64,000 nt of DNA from Rhodocyclaceae bacterium. GTDB taxonomy: Bacteria; Pseudomonadota; Gammaproteobacteria; Burkholderiales; Rhodocyclaceae. Where the stretch lies: contig JAEUNL010000016.1 in assembly GCA_016791115.1 (NCBI GenBank), positions 36,878 through 100,877 of the forward strand. The letters run 5' to 3'. Below are positions 1 through 12,404 of the stretch, one piece after another (position 1 is the stretch's first letter; the number at the start of each line of letters is the position of its first letter). The notes beneath the pieces were generated by a model. It was given only the letters and a program-made list of their open reading frames with translations, ran no database searches and was not told where the DNA came from. The position numbers and the translations under genes are program-made.

Positions 1-305
1 ACGTGAATGTGCAGATGATACACCTCCTGCCGACCCACCCGTCCCGTGTTGACAATGGTGCGGAAGCCGTCGTTCAGCCCCTGCTCGCGCGCCAGTTTCG
101 GGATGGCCGCCATCATCCCGCCGAGCAGGCCGGCGTCGGCGTCGGTGCATTCGGCCAGCGATTCGACGTGACGCTTCGGAATGACCAGGAAGTGCACCGG
201 GGCATGCGGCCGGATGTCGTGGAAGGCGAAGATGTCGTCGTCCTCGTAGACCTTCTTCGAGGGAATCTCGCCGCGCACGATCTTGCAGAAAATGCAGTTG
301 TCCAT
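1..305 (-). CDS. HIT (histidine triad) family protein, C-terminus cut by the window edge
   Basis: The reverse strand from the ATG (cat at 303-305) translates to MDNCIFCKIVRGEIPSKKVYEDDDIFAFHDI...EVYHLHIH. This contains the HxHxH histidine-triad motif. The ORF is absent from the track because it runs off the window. Confidence 0.8.
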   Translation of the reverse strand, partial: MDNCIFCKIVRGEIPSKKVYEDDDIFAFHDIRPHAPVHFLVIPKRHVESLAECTDADAGLLGGMMAAIPKLAREQGLNDGFRTIVNTGRVGRQEVYHLHIH

Positions 306-348
306 CGCTTCCTCTCCCCGCCTGCCTGCGTTCCGTTACGTTTGGACT

Positions 349-690
349 CTAGCCCGCGGTGCGGCTTTTCTTTTCGTCGACACCCGAAATCCCCTCGCGG
401 CGACGGAACTCGGACATCACGTCATCGACCGACAGGCCGAACTGCGCCAGCAGGACCATGCAGTGGAACCACAGGTCGGTCACTTCCCACACCAGGTGCA
501 GGCGATCGCCGTCCTTCGCCGCCATGATGGTTTCCGCCGCCTCTTCGGCGACCTTCTTGCAGATCGCGTCGGTGCCCTTGGCGTAGAGCCCGGCCACATA
601 GCTGGACTCGGGGTCGGCGTTCTTGCGCTCGGTCAGCGTGGCCTGCACGCGGTGTATCACTTCCAGATCGATCATCAAAGACTCCATCAA
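349..690 (-). CDS. hisE: phosphoribosyl-ATP pyrophosphatase
   Basis: The 113-aa ORF has a HisE-like sequence (LYAKGTDAICKKVAEEAAETIMAAKDGD...DLWFHCMVLL). It is the last gene of the his operon. Confidence 0.9.
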   Translation of the reverse strand: MMESLMIDLEVIHRVQATLTERKNADPESSYVAGLYAKGTDAICKKVAEEAAETIMAAKDGDRLHLVWEVTDLWFHCMVLLAQFGLSVDDVMSEFRRREGISGVDEKKSRTAG

Positions 691-708
691 TGCGAATAAT
701 TCTGTGGT

Positions 709-1101
709 TCAGGACTTGTAGATCTCGCCGGGATCCTTGAGCACCTGTTCAACCGCCTCCCACTTGCCGTCTGCGAGACGATGGAAGAAGCAGCTGTGGC
801 GGCCGGTGTGGCAGGCGATGTCGCCGAGCTGCTCGACCTTCAGCAGCAGCACGTCGTTGTCGCAATCCATACGCAACTCGATCACCTTCTGGATATGCCC
901 CGATTCCTCGCCCTTGTGCCAGAGTTTGCGGCGCGATCGCGACCAGTAGACTGCCTCGCCCGATGACACCGTGCGCTCGAGCGCTTCACGGTTCATCCAC
1001 GCGAACATCAGCACGTCGCCGGTTGCGGCTTCCTGCGCGATCACCGGCACCAGGCCCTGATCGTCCCATACCACCTGCTTGAGCCATTCCTTGGTGCTCA
1101 T
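709..1101 (-). CDS. hisI: phosphoribosyl-AMP cyclohydrolase
   Basis: The 130-aa ORF carries HisI motifs (GLVPVIAQE...[11 protein letters not shown]...[17 protein letters not shown]...DCDNDVLL). Confidence 0.92.
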   Translation of the reverse strand: MSTKEWLKQVVWDDQGLVPVIAQEAATGDVLMFAWMNREALERTVSSGEAVYWSRSRRKLWHKGEESGHIQKVIELRMDCDNDVLLLKVEQLGDIACHTGRHSCFFHRLADGKWEAVEQVLKDPGEIYKS

Positions 1102-1103
1102 GA

Positions 1104-1871
1104 TCAGCGCACCTCGATGCCGCGGGCACGCATGAAGGCTTTCGCCTCGCCAACCGTATGTTCGCCGTAGTGAAAGATGCTCGCCGCGAGTACCGCATCC
1201 GCATGGCCTTCCGACACACCGTCCGCCAGATGGGCCAGCGTGCCGACTCCACCGCTGGCGATCACCGGGATATCGATTGCATCAGCAACGGCCCGGGTCA
1301 GCGGTATGTCGAATCCGATCTTGGTGCCATCGCGATCCATGCTGGTGAGCAGGATTTCGCCCGCGCCGAGCGCCTGCACCCGTTGCGCCCAGGACACCGC
1401 ATCCAGCCCGGTCGGCTTGCGGCCGCCGTGAGTGAACACCTCCCAGCGCGGGGTCTCGCCATCAGCCGAAACGCGCTTGGCGTCGATCGCGACGACGATG
1501 CATTGCGATCCGACCTTGCCGCTGGCGTCGGCGACGAGCTGCGGGTTCTGCACTGCGGCGGTGTTCATGCTGACCTTGTCTGCGCCGGCATTGAGCAGGC
1601 GGCGCACGTCCTCGACCGCACGGATGCCGCCACCCACCGTAAGCGGGATGAACACCTGTTCGGCAACCTGCTCCACCACATGCAGGATGATGTCGCGGTC
1701 GTCGGAACTCGCCGTGATGTCGAGGAAAGTCAGCTCGTCTGCACCCTGCGCGTCATAGCGGCGAGCGATCTCGACCGGGTCACCGGCATCGCGCAGGCCG
1801 ATGAAGTTCACGCCCTTGACCACGCGGCCGGCGTTGACGTCGAGGCAGGGGATGATGCGTTTGGCCAGCAT
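1104..1871 (-). CDS. hisF: imidazole glycerol phosphate synthase, cyclase subunit
   Basis: I trimmed the ORF to the internal ATG (cat at 1869-1871), giving [23 protein letters not shown], the canonical HisF N-terminus. The upstream extension of the 284-aa ORF is Arg/Pro-rich and looks like noise. Confidence 0.92.
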   Translation of the reverse strand: MLAKRIIPCLDVNAGRVVKGVNFIGLRDAGDPVEIARRYDAQGADELTFLDITASSDDRDIILHVVEQVAEQVFIPLTVGGGIRAVEDVRRLLNAGADKVSMNTAAVQNPQLVADASGKVGSQCIVVAIDAKRVSADGETPRWEVFTHGGRKPTGLDAVSWAQRVQALGAGEILLTSMDRDGTKIGFDIPLTRAVADAIDIPVIASGGVGTLAHLADGVSEGHADAVLAASIFHYGEHTVGEAKAFMRARGIEVR

Positions 1872-1908
1872 GTTCGGGGCAGTCTGGCCAGCTTGCGGCC
1901 TTGGAGGA

Positions 1909-2661
1909 TTATTCGGAGCCGTCGCCGCCGAGTTCATCGGCGCGCGCCTGCGCCGCACGGAAATCGAGCGTTCCTTCGTAGATCGCGCGCCCCGTGATGG
2001 CCCCCATGATGCCTTCGTCCTCGACGGCGCAGAGGCGATCGATGTCCTTCAGGTCGGCAATGCCGCCGCTGGCAATAACCGGAATGCGCAATGCCTGCGC
2101 CAGCTTCACCGTCGCTTCGACGTTGACGCCGTTGAGCATGCCGTCGCGGCCGATGTCGGTATAGAGCACGGCCTCGACGCCGTAGTCCTCGAATTTCTTC
2201 GCCAGGTCGACCACGTCGTGGCCGGTCATCTTGGACCAGCCGTCGGTTGCCACCTTGCCGTCCTTGGCATCGAGCGCGACGATGATGTGCCCCGGGAAAG
2301 CGACGCAGGCGTCATGGAGAAAACCGGGGTTCTTCACGGCGGCGGTGCCGATGATCACGTAGCTCACGCCGTCATCGAGGTAGCGCTCGATGGTGTCGAG
2401 GTCGCGCAGACCGCCGCCCAGCTGAATCGGAACGTCCTCGCCGACGGCGGCGACGATCTTCTTGATCACCGCCTCGTTCTTGGGCTTGCCGGCGACGGCC
2501 CCGTTGAGGTCGACCAGATGCAGGCGGCGCGCGCCTGCGGCGAGCCAGTGCCGCGCCATGGCGACGGGATCCTCGGAAAAGACCGTCGCATCGGTCATGT
2601 CGCCCTGTTTGAGGCGAACGCAGTGTCCGTCCTTCAGATCGATAGCGGGTATCAGCAGCAT
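1909..2661 (-). CDS. hisA: 1-(5-phosphoribosyl)-5-[(5-phosphoribosylamino)methylideneamino]imidazole-4-carboxamide isomerase
   Basis: The 250-aa ORF begins [22 protein letters not shown], a typical HisA start. Confidence 0.93.
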   Translation of the reverse strand: MLLIPAIDLKDGHCVRLKQGDMTDATVFSEDPVAMARHWLAAGARRLHLVDLNGAVAGKPKNEAVIKKIVAAVGEDVPIQLGGGLRDLDTIERYLDDGVSYVIIGTAAVKNPGFLHDACVAFPGHIIVALDAKDGKVATDGWSKMTGHDVVDLAKKFEDYGVEAVLYTDIGRDGMLNGVNVEATVKLAQALRIPVIASGGIADLKDIDRLCAVEDEGIMGAITGRAIYEGTLDFRAAQARADELGGDGSE

Positions 2662-2720
2662 GATGCAGATTTGGGCGTAAGGTCGGAAGAATGACTCGCG
2701 AATGCAGAAGGCAGTCCGAA

Positions 2721-3359
2721 TCAGGGTTTCCAGCGCATGAAGTTGCCGAGGAGCGCAAGTCCTGCCTGCGCGCTTTTTTCCGGATGGAACTGGACAGCGA
2801 AAATATTATCCTGAGCCACCGCAGCGGTAAAGTCGACACCGTAATTTGTGCGACCTGCCGCGAGCCCCGGATCGTCCGGAACCACATAATAGCTGTGCAC
2901 GAAATAGAAGCGCTCCAGGTCGGCAATGCCCTGCCAAAGTGCATGCTCGCGCGACTGCCGCACCTGATTCCAGCCCATGTGGGGGACCTTCAGGCGCGTG
3001 CCGTCCGCACCGACCATGGCAGGCGCCGGAAAACGGCGCACGTTGCCAGGAAAGATGCCGAGACCCGACACGTTGCCTTCCTCGCTCGATTCAAAAAGCA
3101 TCTGCAGGCCGATGCAGATGCCGAGAAAGGGTTTGGCTGCCGCCGCGGCGACGACCGCCCCGCGCAAGCCGCGCATTTCGAGTTCGCGCATGCAGTCCGG
3201 CATGGCGCCCTGCCCCGGCACCACCACACGGTCGGCCGCGGCAACCGCGGCCGGGTCGTGCGTGACGAGGATGCAGGCCTCCGGCGCAACGTGCTCGATG
3301 GCCTTCGCCACCGAACGCAGGTTGCCCATTCCGTAATCGACGATCGCTACCGTGTTCAT
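2721..3359 (-). CDS. hisH: imidazole glycerol phosphate synthase, glutamine amidotransferase subunit
   Basis: Trimmed to the ATG at 3357-3359, the product begins [17 protein letters not shown] and contains the GICIGLQ catalytic-Cys motif. Confidence 0.92.
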   Translation of the reverse strand: MNTVAIVDYGMGNLRSVAKAIEHVAPEACILVTHDPAAVAAADRVVVPGQGAMPDCMRELEMRGLRGAVVAAAAAKPFLGICIGLQMLFESSEEGNVSGLGIFPGNVRRFPAPAMVGADGTRLKVPHMGWNQVRQSREHALWQGIADLERFYFVHSYYVVPDDPGLAAGRTNYGVDFTAAVAQDNIFAVQFHPEKSAQAGLALLGNFMRWKP

Positions 3360-3408
3360 GTTCAGGTCGAGCGTGCCCTTGGCACCGTGGTCACCGGTTT
3401 GCCCGCTC

Positions 3409-3996
3409 TCAGAGTGAGCCCTTGGTGGACGGCACGGCACCGGCCGCACGCGGATCGGGTTCGGCCGCCATGCGCAGTGCGCGGGCAAAGGCTTTGAACA
3501 CAGTCTCGCACTGATGGTGCGCGTTCACGCCGCGCAGATTGTCCACATGCAATGTGACCAGCGCGTGATTGACGAAGCCCTGGAAGAACTCGCGCACCAG
3601 GTCGACATCGAACTCGCCGATGCGCGCCCGCGTGAAATCGACATGAAACTCGAGCCCCGGCCGGCCCGAGAAATCGACCACCACGCGCGACAGCGCCTCG
3701 TCCAGCGGCACGTACGCATGGCCATAGCGACGAATGCCCTTGCGGTCGCCGATCGCCTTCGCCAGCGCCTGTCCGATGGTGATGCCGACATCCTCGACCG
3801 TGTGGTGCGCGTCGATGTGAAGATCCCCGCTGGCCTCGACTTCGAGGTCGATCAGACCATGGCGAACGATCTGATCGAGCATGTGGTCGAGGAACGGCAC
3901 GCCGGTCGCAAGATTGCCGACGCCGGTGCCGTCGAGGTCGATGGCGACTCGGATCTGCGTTTCCAGCGTATTGCGGATGACTTCGGCTTTGCGCAT
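3409..3996 (-). CDS. hisB: imidazoleglycerol-phosphate dehydratase
   Basis: Trimmed to [23 protein letters not shown], a typical HisB start. An alternative ATG lies two codons upstream at 4002. The remainder of the 324-aa ORF overlaps hisC. Confidence 0.9.
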   Translation of the reverse strand: MRKAEVIRNTLETQIRVAIDLDGTGVGNLATGVPFLDHMLDQIVRHGLIDLEVEASGDLHIDAHHTVEDVGITIGQALAKAIGDRKGIRRYGHAYVPLDEALSRVVVDFSGRPGLEFHVDFTRARIGEFDVDLVREFFQGFVNHALVTLHVDNLRGVNAHHQCETVFKAFARALRMAAEPDPRAAGAVPSTKGSL

Positions 3997-4010
3997 GGGC
4001 ATCTGGCGTA

Positions 4011-5081
4011 TCAAGCGAGACTGGCTCGCAGGGCATTGAGGAAGGTCGCGTTCTCCGCGGGCGTGCCCACGGTGACTCGAAGGCAATTGTCCAGCATCGG
4101 ATGCGAACCATGCAAATTCTTGATCAGCACGCCATGCCGCTTGATCCGTTCGAAAGTGCGCAACGCATCGGAGACGCGGAACAGAATGAAGTTCGCATGG
4201 GACGGCCAGGCCCGGACCTCGGGCATGTCGGCCAGCGCGTGGAAGAGCTGGCCGCGCGCGGTGACGATCGCATCGGCCTGCTCGTTGAGCCGATCGACGT
4301 TCTCGACCAGTCTTGCCGCGATGGCCTGCGTCAGGCTGTTGATGTTGTAGGGCAAGCGCAGCTTGTCGATCTGCTCCAGCCATTTCGGCGCCCCCGCGAC
4401 GAAGCCGAGACGCAACGCCGCCAGGCCAAGCTTGGACAGCGTGCGCATCACCAGCAGGTTGGGGTGGCGCAAGAGCTCGCCGAGATAGCTCGATCCGGCA
4501 AAGGCGTGGTAGGCCTCGTCGATCACCACCAGTCCGGATGCGGCATGCAGCACGCGCGCGAGCGACTCGGCGTCGAACAGCGTGCCGGTCGGATTATTCG
4601 GATAGGCGATGAAAACCACCGCCGGATCGTGCTGCTCGATGCGCAGCACCATCTCGTCGGCGTCTAGCGCGAAATCCTCGGTCAGCGGCACGCCGACGTA
4701 GTGCAGGCCGCAGAATGTCGCGATCATGCGGTACATCACGAATGACGGCTCGGGCGCAAGTATCGTTGCACCGGGCCGGGCCACCGCCATGGCGATCAAC
4801 TGGATGATCTCGTCCGATCCGTTGCCGAACAGGATCTGCGCGCCTTCGGGCACAGCCATGCGCGTGCGGATGACGTGGCGCAACCCCTCCGCCTGCGGAT
4901 CGGGATAGCGATTGAGCGCCGCATCGTGCGTCAGGCCTGACGCGAGCTTGCGCAGATCCTCGGGCAGCGGGTAGGGATTCTCCATCGCATCGAGCTTGAT
5001 CATGCCGCTCGGATCGGCGACATGATAGGCCTTGAGGGCGAGGATTTCCGGTCGGATCAGGTCCTGGGGATCGAGTGCCAT
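4011..5081 (-). CDS. hisC: histidinol-phosphate aminotransferase
   Basis: This is the 356-aa C-terminal part of the 719-aa track ORF, starting [21 protein letters not shown] (cat at 5079-5081). It has a class-II aminotransferase pattern ([22 protein letters not shown]). Confidence 0.9.
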   Translation of the reverse strand: MALDPQDLIRPEILALKAYHVADPSGMIKLDAMENPYPLPEDLRKLASGLTHDAALNRYPDPQAEGLRHVIRTRMAVPEGAQILFGNGSDEIIQLIAMAVARPGATILAPEPSFVMYRMIATFCGLHYVGVPLTEDFALDADEMVLRIEQHDPAVVFIAYPNNPTGTLFDAESLARVLHAASGLVVIDEAYHAFAGSSYLGELLRHPNLLVMRTLSKLGLAALRLGFVAGAPKWLEQIDKLRLPYNINSLTQAIAARLVENVDRLNEQADAIVTARGQLFHALADMPEVRAWPSHANFILFRVSDALRTFERIKRHGVLIKNLHGSHPMLDNCLRVTVGTPAENATFLNALRASLA

Positions 5082-5092
5082 GTTGCGGAAAC

Positions 5093-6394
5093 TCAGTTCT
5101 TCAGGCGCATCTCGGCAGAGCGCGCATGGGCCTGCAGGCCTTCGCCGTACGCCAGCGTCGAGGCGATGCGGCCGAGCCGGTCGGCACCCGCAGCGGACAT
5201 CTCGATGATGCTGGTGCGCTTCTGGAAATCGTAGACGCCGAGCGGGCTCGAGAAGCGCGCGCTGCGCATCGTCGGCAGAACGTGGTTGGGTCCCGCGCAG
5301 TAGTCGCCGAGCGCCTCGACCGAGTAATGGCCGACGAAGATCGCACCGGCATGGCGGATCTTGTCGATCCACTGGTCGGCCTGGTCCATGCACAGCTCCA
5401 GGTGTTCCGGGGCGATCCGGTTGGCAATCGCGCAGGCCTCGTCCAGGTCGCTGACGTGGATCAGCGCACCGCGATTGGCGAGCGAGGTGGCGATCGTCTC
5501 GCGGCGCGGCATCTGCGGCAGCAGCTTGCCGATGCTGGCAGCCACCGCGTCGATGAACGACGCCGAGGTGCACAACAGGATCGACTGCGCGAGTTCGTCG
5601 TGCTCGGCCTGCGCGAACAGGTCCATTGCCACCCAGTCCGGGTTGCCGTGGCCGTCGGAGATGATCAGGACTTCCGAGGGGCCGGCCACCATGTCGATGC
5701 CGACGGTACCGAACACGCGCCGTTTGGCCGCCGCGACATAGGCATTGCCCGGCCCGGTAATCTTGTCCACCTGCGGAATGGTCTGCGTGCCGTATGCCAG
5801 CGCGCCGACCGCCTGCGCGCCGCCGATGGTGAAGATGCGATCGACGCCGGTGATGCGCGCCGCAGCCAGCACCAACGCGTTCTTCTCGCCGCGCGGCGTC
5901 GGCACCACCATGATCAGCTCGCCGACGCCAGCCACCTTGGCCGGAATCGCGTTCATCAGCACCGAACTCGGATAGGCGGCCTTGCCGCCCGGCACATAGA
6001 GGCCGACGCGGTCGAGCGGCGTCACCTTCTGGCCCAGGCGCGAACCGTCCGCTTCGCTGTAGTCCCATGAGCCTGCGAGCTGGCGCTCGTGATACATCGC
6101 CACGCGCGCGGCGGCCTGTTCGAGCGCCTCGCGCTGCGCAGCCGGCAGCGAAGCCTCGGCGGCCTCCCATTCGCGCTTCGGCAGTTCGAGCTGCGCCATG
6201 TGCGTCGCCTCGACGTGGTCGAAGCGGCGCGTGTATTCGAGCACTGCAGCATCGCCGGTGTTGCGTACGTTGGCGAGGATTTCCGCCACCGCGGCCTCGA
6301 TGCTGTCGTCCTGACCCGATTCGAAGGCGAGCAGTGCGTCGAGCGTTGGCAGGAATTCGGGATCGCGGGTCGAGAGTTTGCGGATGAGGCTCAT
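5093..6394 (-). CDS. hisD: histidinol dehydrogenase
   Basis: The 433-aa ORF has HisD motifs ([28 protein letters not shown]). Confidence 0.95.
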   Translation of the reverse strand: MSLIRKLSTRDPEFLPTLDALLAFESGQDDSIEAAVAEILANVRNTGDAAVLEYTRRFDHVEATHMAQLELPKREWEAAEASLPAAQREALEQAAARVAMYHERQLAGSWDYSEADGSRLGQKVTPLDRVGLYVPGGKAAYPSSVLMNAIPAKVAGVGELIMVVPTPRGEKNALVLAAARITGVDRIFTIGGAQAVGALAYGTQTIPQVDKITGPGNAYVAAAKRRVFGTVGIDMVAGPSEVLIISDGHGNPDWVAMDLFAQAEHDELAQSILLCTSASFIDAVAASIGKLLPQMPRRETIATSLANRGALIHVSDLDEACAIANRIAPEHLELCMDQADQWIDKIRHAGAIFVGHYSVEALGDYCAGPNHVLPTMRSARFSSPLGVYDFQKRTSIIEMSAAGADRLGRIASTLAYGEGLQAHARSAEMRLKN

Positions 6395-6407
6395 GCTCGG
6401 CGTTACC

Positions 6408-7064
6408 TCAGGCTTTCGCTTGTCGCGCCACGGCGGCGGCGAAGCAGTCGATCACCGGCTGCAGCGCCTCGCGCTTCACCTTGAGCGAGGCCTGGTTGAC
6501 GATCAGGCGCGAGCTGATCGGCATGATCTGTTCGACCTCGACCAGGTTGTTGGCCTTCAGCGTGCCGCCGCTCGAGACGAGGTCGACGATCGCCTCGGCC
6601 AGGCCCGCCAGCGGCGCGAGTTCCATTGAGCCGTAGAGCTTGATCAGGTCGACATGCACGCCCTTGCCGGCGAAGTGCTCGCGGGCGGTGTGGATGTACT
6701 TGGTCGCCACGCGCAGCCGTGCGCCGCGCTGCACCGCCTGCACGTAGTCGAAGCCCTGCGGCACGGCGACGCTCATGCGGCACTTGGCGATTTCGAGGTC
6801 GAGCGGCTGGTAGAGCCCCGCCCCGCCGTGTTCGAGCAGCACATCCTTGCCGGCGATGCCGAGATCGGCCGCACCGTACTGCACGTAGGTCGGCACGTCG
6901 CTCGCGCGCACGATGACGATGCGCACGTCGGCACGGTTGGTGCCGATGATCAGCTTGCGCGAGGATTCGGGGTTGTCCGCCGGCACGATGCCCGCCGCGT
7001 CGAGCAGGGGCAGCGTTTCGTCGAAGATACGGCCCTTGGACAGGGCGATGGTGATGCCGCTCAC
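6408..7064 (-). CDS. hisG: ATP phosphoribosyltransferase (short form)
   Basis: The 218-aa ORF begins [21 protein letters not shown] and contains [12 protein letters not shown]. Confidence 0.93.
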   Translation of the reverse strand: MSGITIALSKGRIFDETLPLLDAAGIVPADNPESSRKLIIGTNRADVRIVIVRASDVPTYVQYGAADLGIAGKDVLLEHGGAGLYQPLDLEIAKCRMSVAVPQGFDYVQAVQRGARLRVATKYIHTAREHFAGKGVHVDLIKLYGSMELAPLAGLAEAIVDLVSSGGTLKANNLVEVEQIMPISSRLIVNQASLKVKREALQPVIDCFAAAVARQAKA

Positions 7065-7130
7065 GGTAAGTCTTGCGAATTAAAACGGAATTCTACCCCA
7101 TAGACGGCACGGGCCATGCCGGCTGGAGAT

Positions 7131-7964
7131 TCAGGCGAGAAAGCGGCTGCCGAGTTCCTCGATGCCCAGTACGGCCAGGATCTGCCCGATGCGTGCCTGC
7201 GCGTTGCCGCGCGGCTGGCCGGTGCGTGTGGCGACGATCAGCTCGTTCTTCAACGAATGCTCCCAGCCGACCAACTCGGTCACCGTCACCTGGTATCCGT
7301 GCGCCTCGAGTTGCAGGCAACGCAGCGCGTTGGTGAGCTGGCTGCCGAACTCCCGCGTATGCAAGGGGTGGCGCCAAAGCTCGGACAACGGCGTGCGGCC
7401 GAGCGCGGCGTTCTTGTGCCTGCGCAGGACGGCCGCCACCTCGGCCTGGCAACAGGGCACCAGCACCATCGCCTGCGCCTGTTTTGCGAGCCCGAAGCGG
7501 ATCGCGTCGTCGGTTGCAGTGTTGCAGGCATGCAGCGCAGTGACGATGTCGACTGTGGCTGGCAGCTCGCCCGAGGCGATCGACTGCTCGACCGTCAGGT
7601 TCAGGAAATCCATGCGCGTGAAGCCGAGTCCGGCCGCAAGCTGGCGCGCGCTTTCCACGAGTTCCGGCCGCGTCTCGATACCGACGATGCGCCCGCCGTC
7701 ACGCGACTTGAAGAACAGGTCGTAGAGGATGAACCCGAGATAGGATTTGCCGGCGCCGTGGTCCACCAGCGAGGGATCGCTGTTGCGGGCAAACGCCGCT
7801 TCCAGCAGCGGCTCGATGAACTGGTAGAGGTGGTAGACCTGCTTGAGCTTGCGCCGGCTGTCCTGGTTGAGCTTGCCGTCGCGCGTGAGGATGTGCAGTG
7901 CCTTGAGCAGCTCGATCGACTGGCCGGGGCGGATTTCGGGAAAGGCGGCGGACGCGGATTTCAT
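7131..7964 (-). CDS. class I SAM-dependent methyltransferase, function unknown
   Basis: The 277-aa ORF has a motif-I-like VDHGAGKSYLGF and a Rossmann-like layout. It lies between murA and hisG. Confidence 0.7.
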   Translation of the reverse strand: MKSASAAFPEIRPGQSIELLKALHILTRDGKLNQDSRRKLKQVYHLYQFIEPLLEAAFARNSDPSLVDHGAGKSYLGFILYDLFFKSRDGGRIVGIETRPELVESARQLAAGLGFTRMDFLNLTVEQSIASGELPATVDIVTALHACNTATDDAIRFGLAKQAQAMVLVPCCQAEVAAVLRRHKNAALGRTPLSELWRHPLHTREFGSQLTNALRCLQLEAHGYQVTVTELVGWEHSLKNELIVATRTGQPRGNAQARIGQILAVLGIEELGSRFLA

Positions 7965-8130
7965 GCGCCGGGCGTCATTGACACCACTCGGAAATCCGCG
8001 AGCAGGCAGCCTGGAAGGCGCATGGACAGGGCCTCTGGAACATGCACGGCCCAGACGCTTTTATTCATGAGCCTTCTGGCCTGGCATACCTGGAATACGC
8101 GTAGCCATGCGGCCCCCAGGGCGATGCATC

Positions 8131-9447
<1,317 letters not shown>

Positions 9448-9687
9448 TCACGACTGCGCCGCGAATTCCTCGGGCGTCAGCGTCTTCATCGACAGGGCAT
9501 GGATTTCTTCGCGCATGCGGTCGCCAAGCGCCGCATAGACCATCTGGTGGCGTTGCACGCGCGACTTGCCGGCGAAGGCGCCGCTGACGATCAGCGCCTC
9601 GAAATGATGGCCGTCGCCGGCAACCTGCAACTGTTCGCAGGCCAGTCCCTGCGCGATGTAAGCCTGGATGTCTTCGGGGCGAACCAT
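9448..9687 (-). CDS. ibaG: BolA family protein (IbaG/YrbA-like)
   Basis: The 79-aa ORF has a BolA-like sequence (GDGHHFEALIVSGAFAGKSRVQRHQMVY...IHALSMKT). It occupies the ibaG position between the mla genes and murA, as in E. coli. Confidence 0.8.
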   Translation of the reverse strand: MVRPEDIQAYIAQGLACEQLQVAGDGHHFEALIVSGAFAGKSRVQRHQMVYAALGDRMREEIHALSMKTLTPEEFAAQS

Positions 9688-9718
9688 GGGCGGATTCCTG
9701 AAATCAGAAACGGCGGGC

Positions 9719-10486
9719 TCAGCCGCGCAGCTTGTAGCCGCGGGCCAGCAACGCGAGCGTGAGCGAGGAAAGAAGAATAAAGCAAAAGCCGACGATGGCC
9801 AGGCTCACCCAGGGCGATACATCGGACTGCCCGAAAAAGCCGTAGCGGAAGCCGTCGATCATGTAGAACACCGGATTGACGTGCGATACCGCCTGCCAGA
9901 ACGGCGGCAGCGTGTGGATCGAGTAGAACACGCCGGACAGGAAGGTGAGCGGCATGATGATGAAGTTCTGGAACGCGGCGAGCTGGTCGAACTTGTCCGC
10001 CCAGATACCGGCAATGACGCCCAGCGCAGCCAGGATCGCCCCGCCGAGCAGCGCAAAAGCGACGATCCACAGCGGGTGCGCATACTGCAGATCGACCATC
10101 CACAGCGTCACCAGCCATACACCGAGCCCGACGACCAGACCGCGCAACATCGCCGCCAGCACGTAGGCGGCGAAGAACTCGCGATACGACAGCGGCGGCA
10201 GCAGCACGAAAATGATGTTGCCGGTGACCTTGGACTGGATCAGCGACGACGAGGTGTTGGCAAAGGCGTTTTGCAGCAGGCTCATCATCACCAGGCCGGG
10301 CACCAGGAACGCGGTGTAGCTGACGCTCTCGTACACCCGCACATGCGCCTCGAGCGCGTGCGAGAAAATCAGCAGGTAGAGCAGCGACGTGAGCACCGGC
10401 GCCGCGACGGTCTGGAAACTCACCTTCCAGAAGCGCAGCGTTTCCTTGTAGAGCAGGGTTTTGAAAGCGCTGCTGAACATCGTCAT
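9719..10486 (-). CDS. ABC-2 type transporter permease
   Basis: Trimmed to MTMFSSAFKTLLYKETLRFWKV (cat at 10484-10486). The 255-aa product is multi-pass hydrophobic. Its start overlaps the upstream ATPase stop in an ATGA. Confidence 0.85.
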   Translation of the reverse strand: MTMFSSAFKTLLYKETLRFWKVSFQTVAAPVLTSLLYLLIFSHALEAHVRVYESVSYTAFLVPGLVMMSLLQNAFANTSSSLIQSKVTGNIIFVLLPPLSYREFFAAYVLAAMLRGLVVGLGVWLVTLWMVDLQYAHPLWIVAFALLGGAILAALGVIAGIWADKFDQLAAFQNFIIMPLTFLSGVFYSIHTLPPFWQAVSHVNPVFYMIDGFRYGFFGQSDVSPWVSLAIVGFCFILLSSLTLALLARGYKLRG

Positions 10487-11385
10487 GCCGCCCGCATCAC
10501 GTCGACAAATACATCCTCGAGGTCGGGCTTGCCGACTTCCATGTCTTCGATCCGCGCCCCGGCGCTGCGCAGCCGATCGAGCAGCACGCCGACCTCGTCG
10601 AAGCGGTCGAACTTGAGCGTCAGCTTCACGCCCTCCCGCGAAACGACGCTCGCCTCCAGCTCGGCCGGCAGCGTTGCCGGCGCTTCGAGCCGGATGCGCA
10701 GCGCATGGGTCGTCGCGCGCGAAAGCAGGTTGGCCGTGGTGTCGAGCGCCACGATGCGGCCGGCCTTGAGCATCGCAATCCTGCCGCAGAGGCTTTCGGC
10801 CTCCTCGAGATAGTGCGTGGTCAGCACGATGGTATGGCCATCGCGGTTGAGCCGGCGGATGAACTGCCACAACCCCTGGCGCAACTCCACGTCCACGCCG
10901 GCGGTCGGCTCGTCGAGCACGATCACCGGCGGCCGATGCACCAGCGCCTGGGCCACCAGCACGCGCCGCTTCATGCCCCCCGACAGCGCACGCATGTTGG
11001 CGTTGGCCTTGGCGGCGAGGTCGAGTTCCGCGAGGATTTCGTCGATCCACGCGCCGTTGTTGCGGATCCCGAAGTAGCCCGACTGGAGTTCCAGGGTTTC
11101 GCGCACGCTGAAAAAGGGATCGAAAACCAGTTCCTGCGGCACCACGCCAAGGCTGCGCCGCGCCGCGCGGTAATCGGCAACGACGTCGTGCCCCATCACG
11201 GCAAGCCGTCCGCTACTCGCCCGCACCAGCCCGGCCAATGCCGAGATCAACGTCGTCTTGCCCGCGCCGTTGGGTCCGAGCAGGCCGAAGAACTCTCCCT
11301 GGTCGACCTCGAGATCGACCCCCGCCAGCGCCTGGACACTGCCATAGCACTTGGTGGCCTGCTCGACGCGGATTGCGGGAATCAT
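10483..11385 (-). CDS. ABC transporter ATP-binding protein, partner of the ABC-2 permease
   Basis: The 300-aa ORF has Walker A (GPNGAGKTT), an LSGGMKRR signature and Walker B (VIVLDEPT). Confidence 0.9.
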   Translation of the reverse strand: MIPAIRVEQATKCYGSVQALAGVDLEVDQGEFFGLLGPNGAGKTTLISALAGLVRASSGRLAVMGHDVVADYRAARRSLGVVPQELVFDPFFSVRETLELQSGYFGIRNNGAWIDEILAELDLAAKANANMRALSGGMKRRVLVAQALVHRPPVIVLDEPTAGVDVELRQGLWQFIRRLNRDGHTIVLTTHYLEEAESLCGRIAMLKAGRIVALDTTANLLSRATTHALRIRLEAPATLPAELEASVVSREGVKLTLKFDRFDEVGVLLDRLRSAGARIEDMEVGKPDLEDVFVDVMRAA

Positions 11386-11421
11386 GTAGAAGCAGCAACC
11401 GCCAGAGCGGCGGCCCGGGTA

Positions 11422-11715
11422 TCAAACAAGGGGCAGGATATCGTCCACGCCGTAGAGTTGCGCAATGCTGCGCAGCGACCCGGGCGCATTGGCCACCGAG
11501 ACCTTGTGCCCGGCAGCCTGAGCCGCACGCATCCAGCCGAGGATCACCGCAACGCCGGAAGAATCCACCTGCTCCACCGCAGCCAGGTCGAACAGCGCAT
11601 CGCGCGCAGACACAAAGCGCGCGCCCTCTTCAAGGAGGCGCGCCGCCTGCGGAATCGTGAGGCTGCCCGTAACGGCGAGGCGGCCGCCCGACTCGCGTAT
11701 CGCGGCGTCGCTCAT
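11422..11715 (-). CDS. mlaB: STAS domain protein (MlaB-like)
   Basis: The 97-aa ORF has a STAS-like sequence (LFDLAAVEQVDSSGVAVILGWMRAA). It lies directly downstream of mlaC with a 4-nt overlap. Confidence 0.75.
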   Translation of the reverse strand: MSDAAIRESGGRLAVTGSLTIPQAARLLEEGARFVSARDALFDLAAVEQVDSSGVAVILGWMRAAQAAGHKVSVANAPGSLRSIAQLYGVDDILPLV

Positions 11716-12404
11716 TTTGCGGCCGGCTTGCCCGCGGCGAGTTCGGCGTTGCGCTTCTGCAGCGACTTGATGAGCCCGTCGATGCCCCCGGCGCGGACTT
11801 CCTGAGAGAACTGCTCGCGGTAGTTGGTCACCAAGCTGACACCGGCCACGATCACGTCATACACCTTCCAGCCGGCGACAGGCGCGGCATTGGCGGCCGG
11901 CACGGCACCGCCGGCGCTGGCGCAGGGCTTGGCACCTTCGAGCCGCGCCAGGTTGTAGTCGAGCTGCACCGGCTTGCCGCCAGGCTGCTTGATCTCGCTG
12001 CGAACCAGCACGTCAGTATCCGACGACTGCATTTTGAGCGGCTTGAAATCCACCGACTGGTCCTTGTACGAGGTGAGCGCATTCGAATAGGTGCGCACCA
12101 GCAACGTCCGGAATTCGGCCGCCAGCGCCTTCTGCTGGTCGGGCGTGGCGCCGCACCAGTCTCGGCCGACGGCAAGCTGTGTCATGCGCATGAAGTTGAA
12201 ATGCGGCAGCACCTTCTGCTCGATCAGCTCGATGGCCCGCTTGGTGCTACCGGACTGGATGTCCTTGTCGGTGCGGACGATCTGCAGCACGTCGTTGGTG
12301 ACGGTTTTCACCAGCGCGTCAGGGGTGGAATCGTCCGCCGCAGCGAAAGCCGGGATAACGGCTAACGCCAGGACAGCCATGCATTTCGAGAACAACGCGT
12401 TCAT
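11712..12404 (-). CDS. mlaC: phospholipid-binding periplasmic protein MlaC (Ttg2D family)
   Basis: The 230-aa ORF has a signal peptide (MNALFSKCMAVLALAVIPAFAA) and MlaC-like motifs (FNFMRMTQLAVGRDW, TYSNAL). Confidence 0.85.
   Translation of the reverse strand: MNALFSKCMAVLALAVIPAFAAADDSTPDALVKTVTNDVLQIVRTDKDIQSGSTKRAIELIEQKVLPHFNFMRMTQLAVGRDWCGATPDQQKALAAEFRTLLVRTYSNALTSYKDQSVDFKPLKMQSSDTDVLVRSEIKQPGGKPVQLDYNLARLEGAKPCASAGGAVPAANAAPVAGWKVYDVIVAGVSLVTNYREQFSQEVRAGGIDGLIKSLQKRNAELAAGKPAAK

Noticed and set aside
4011-6170. A 719-aa ORF spanning hisC and most of hisD. Other over-extended ORFs are 34521-36890, 25328-27061, 26919-28709, 47194-48330 and 47264-47992.
   Set aside because: Only the 3' portions have recognisable protein sequence and sensible start contexts. 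The 5' extensions overlap neighbouring real genes in another frame or strand. I therefore trimmed each to an internal start.
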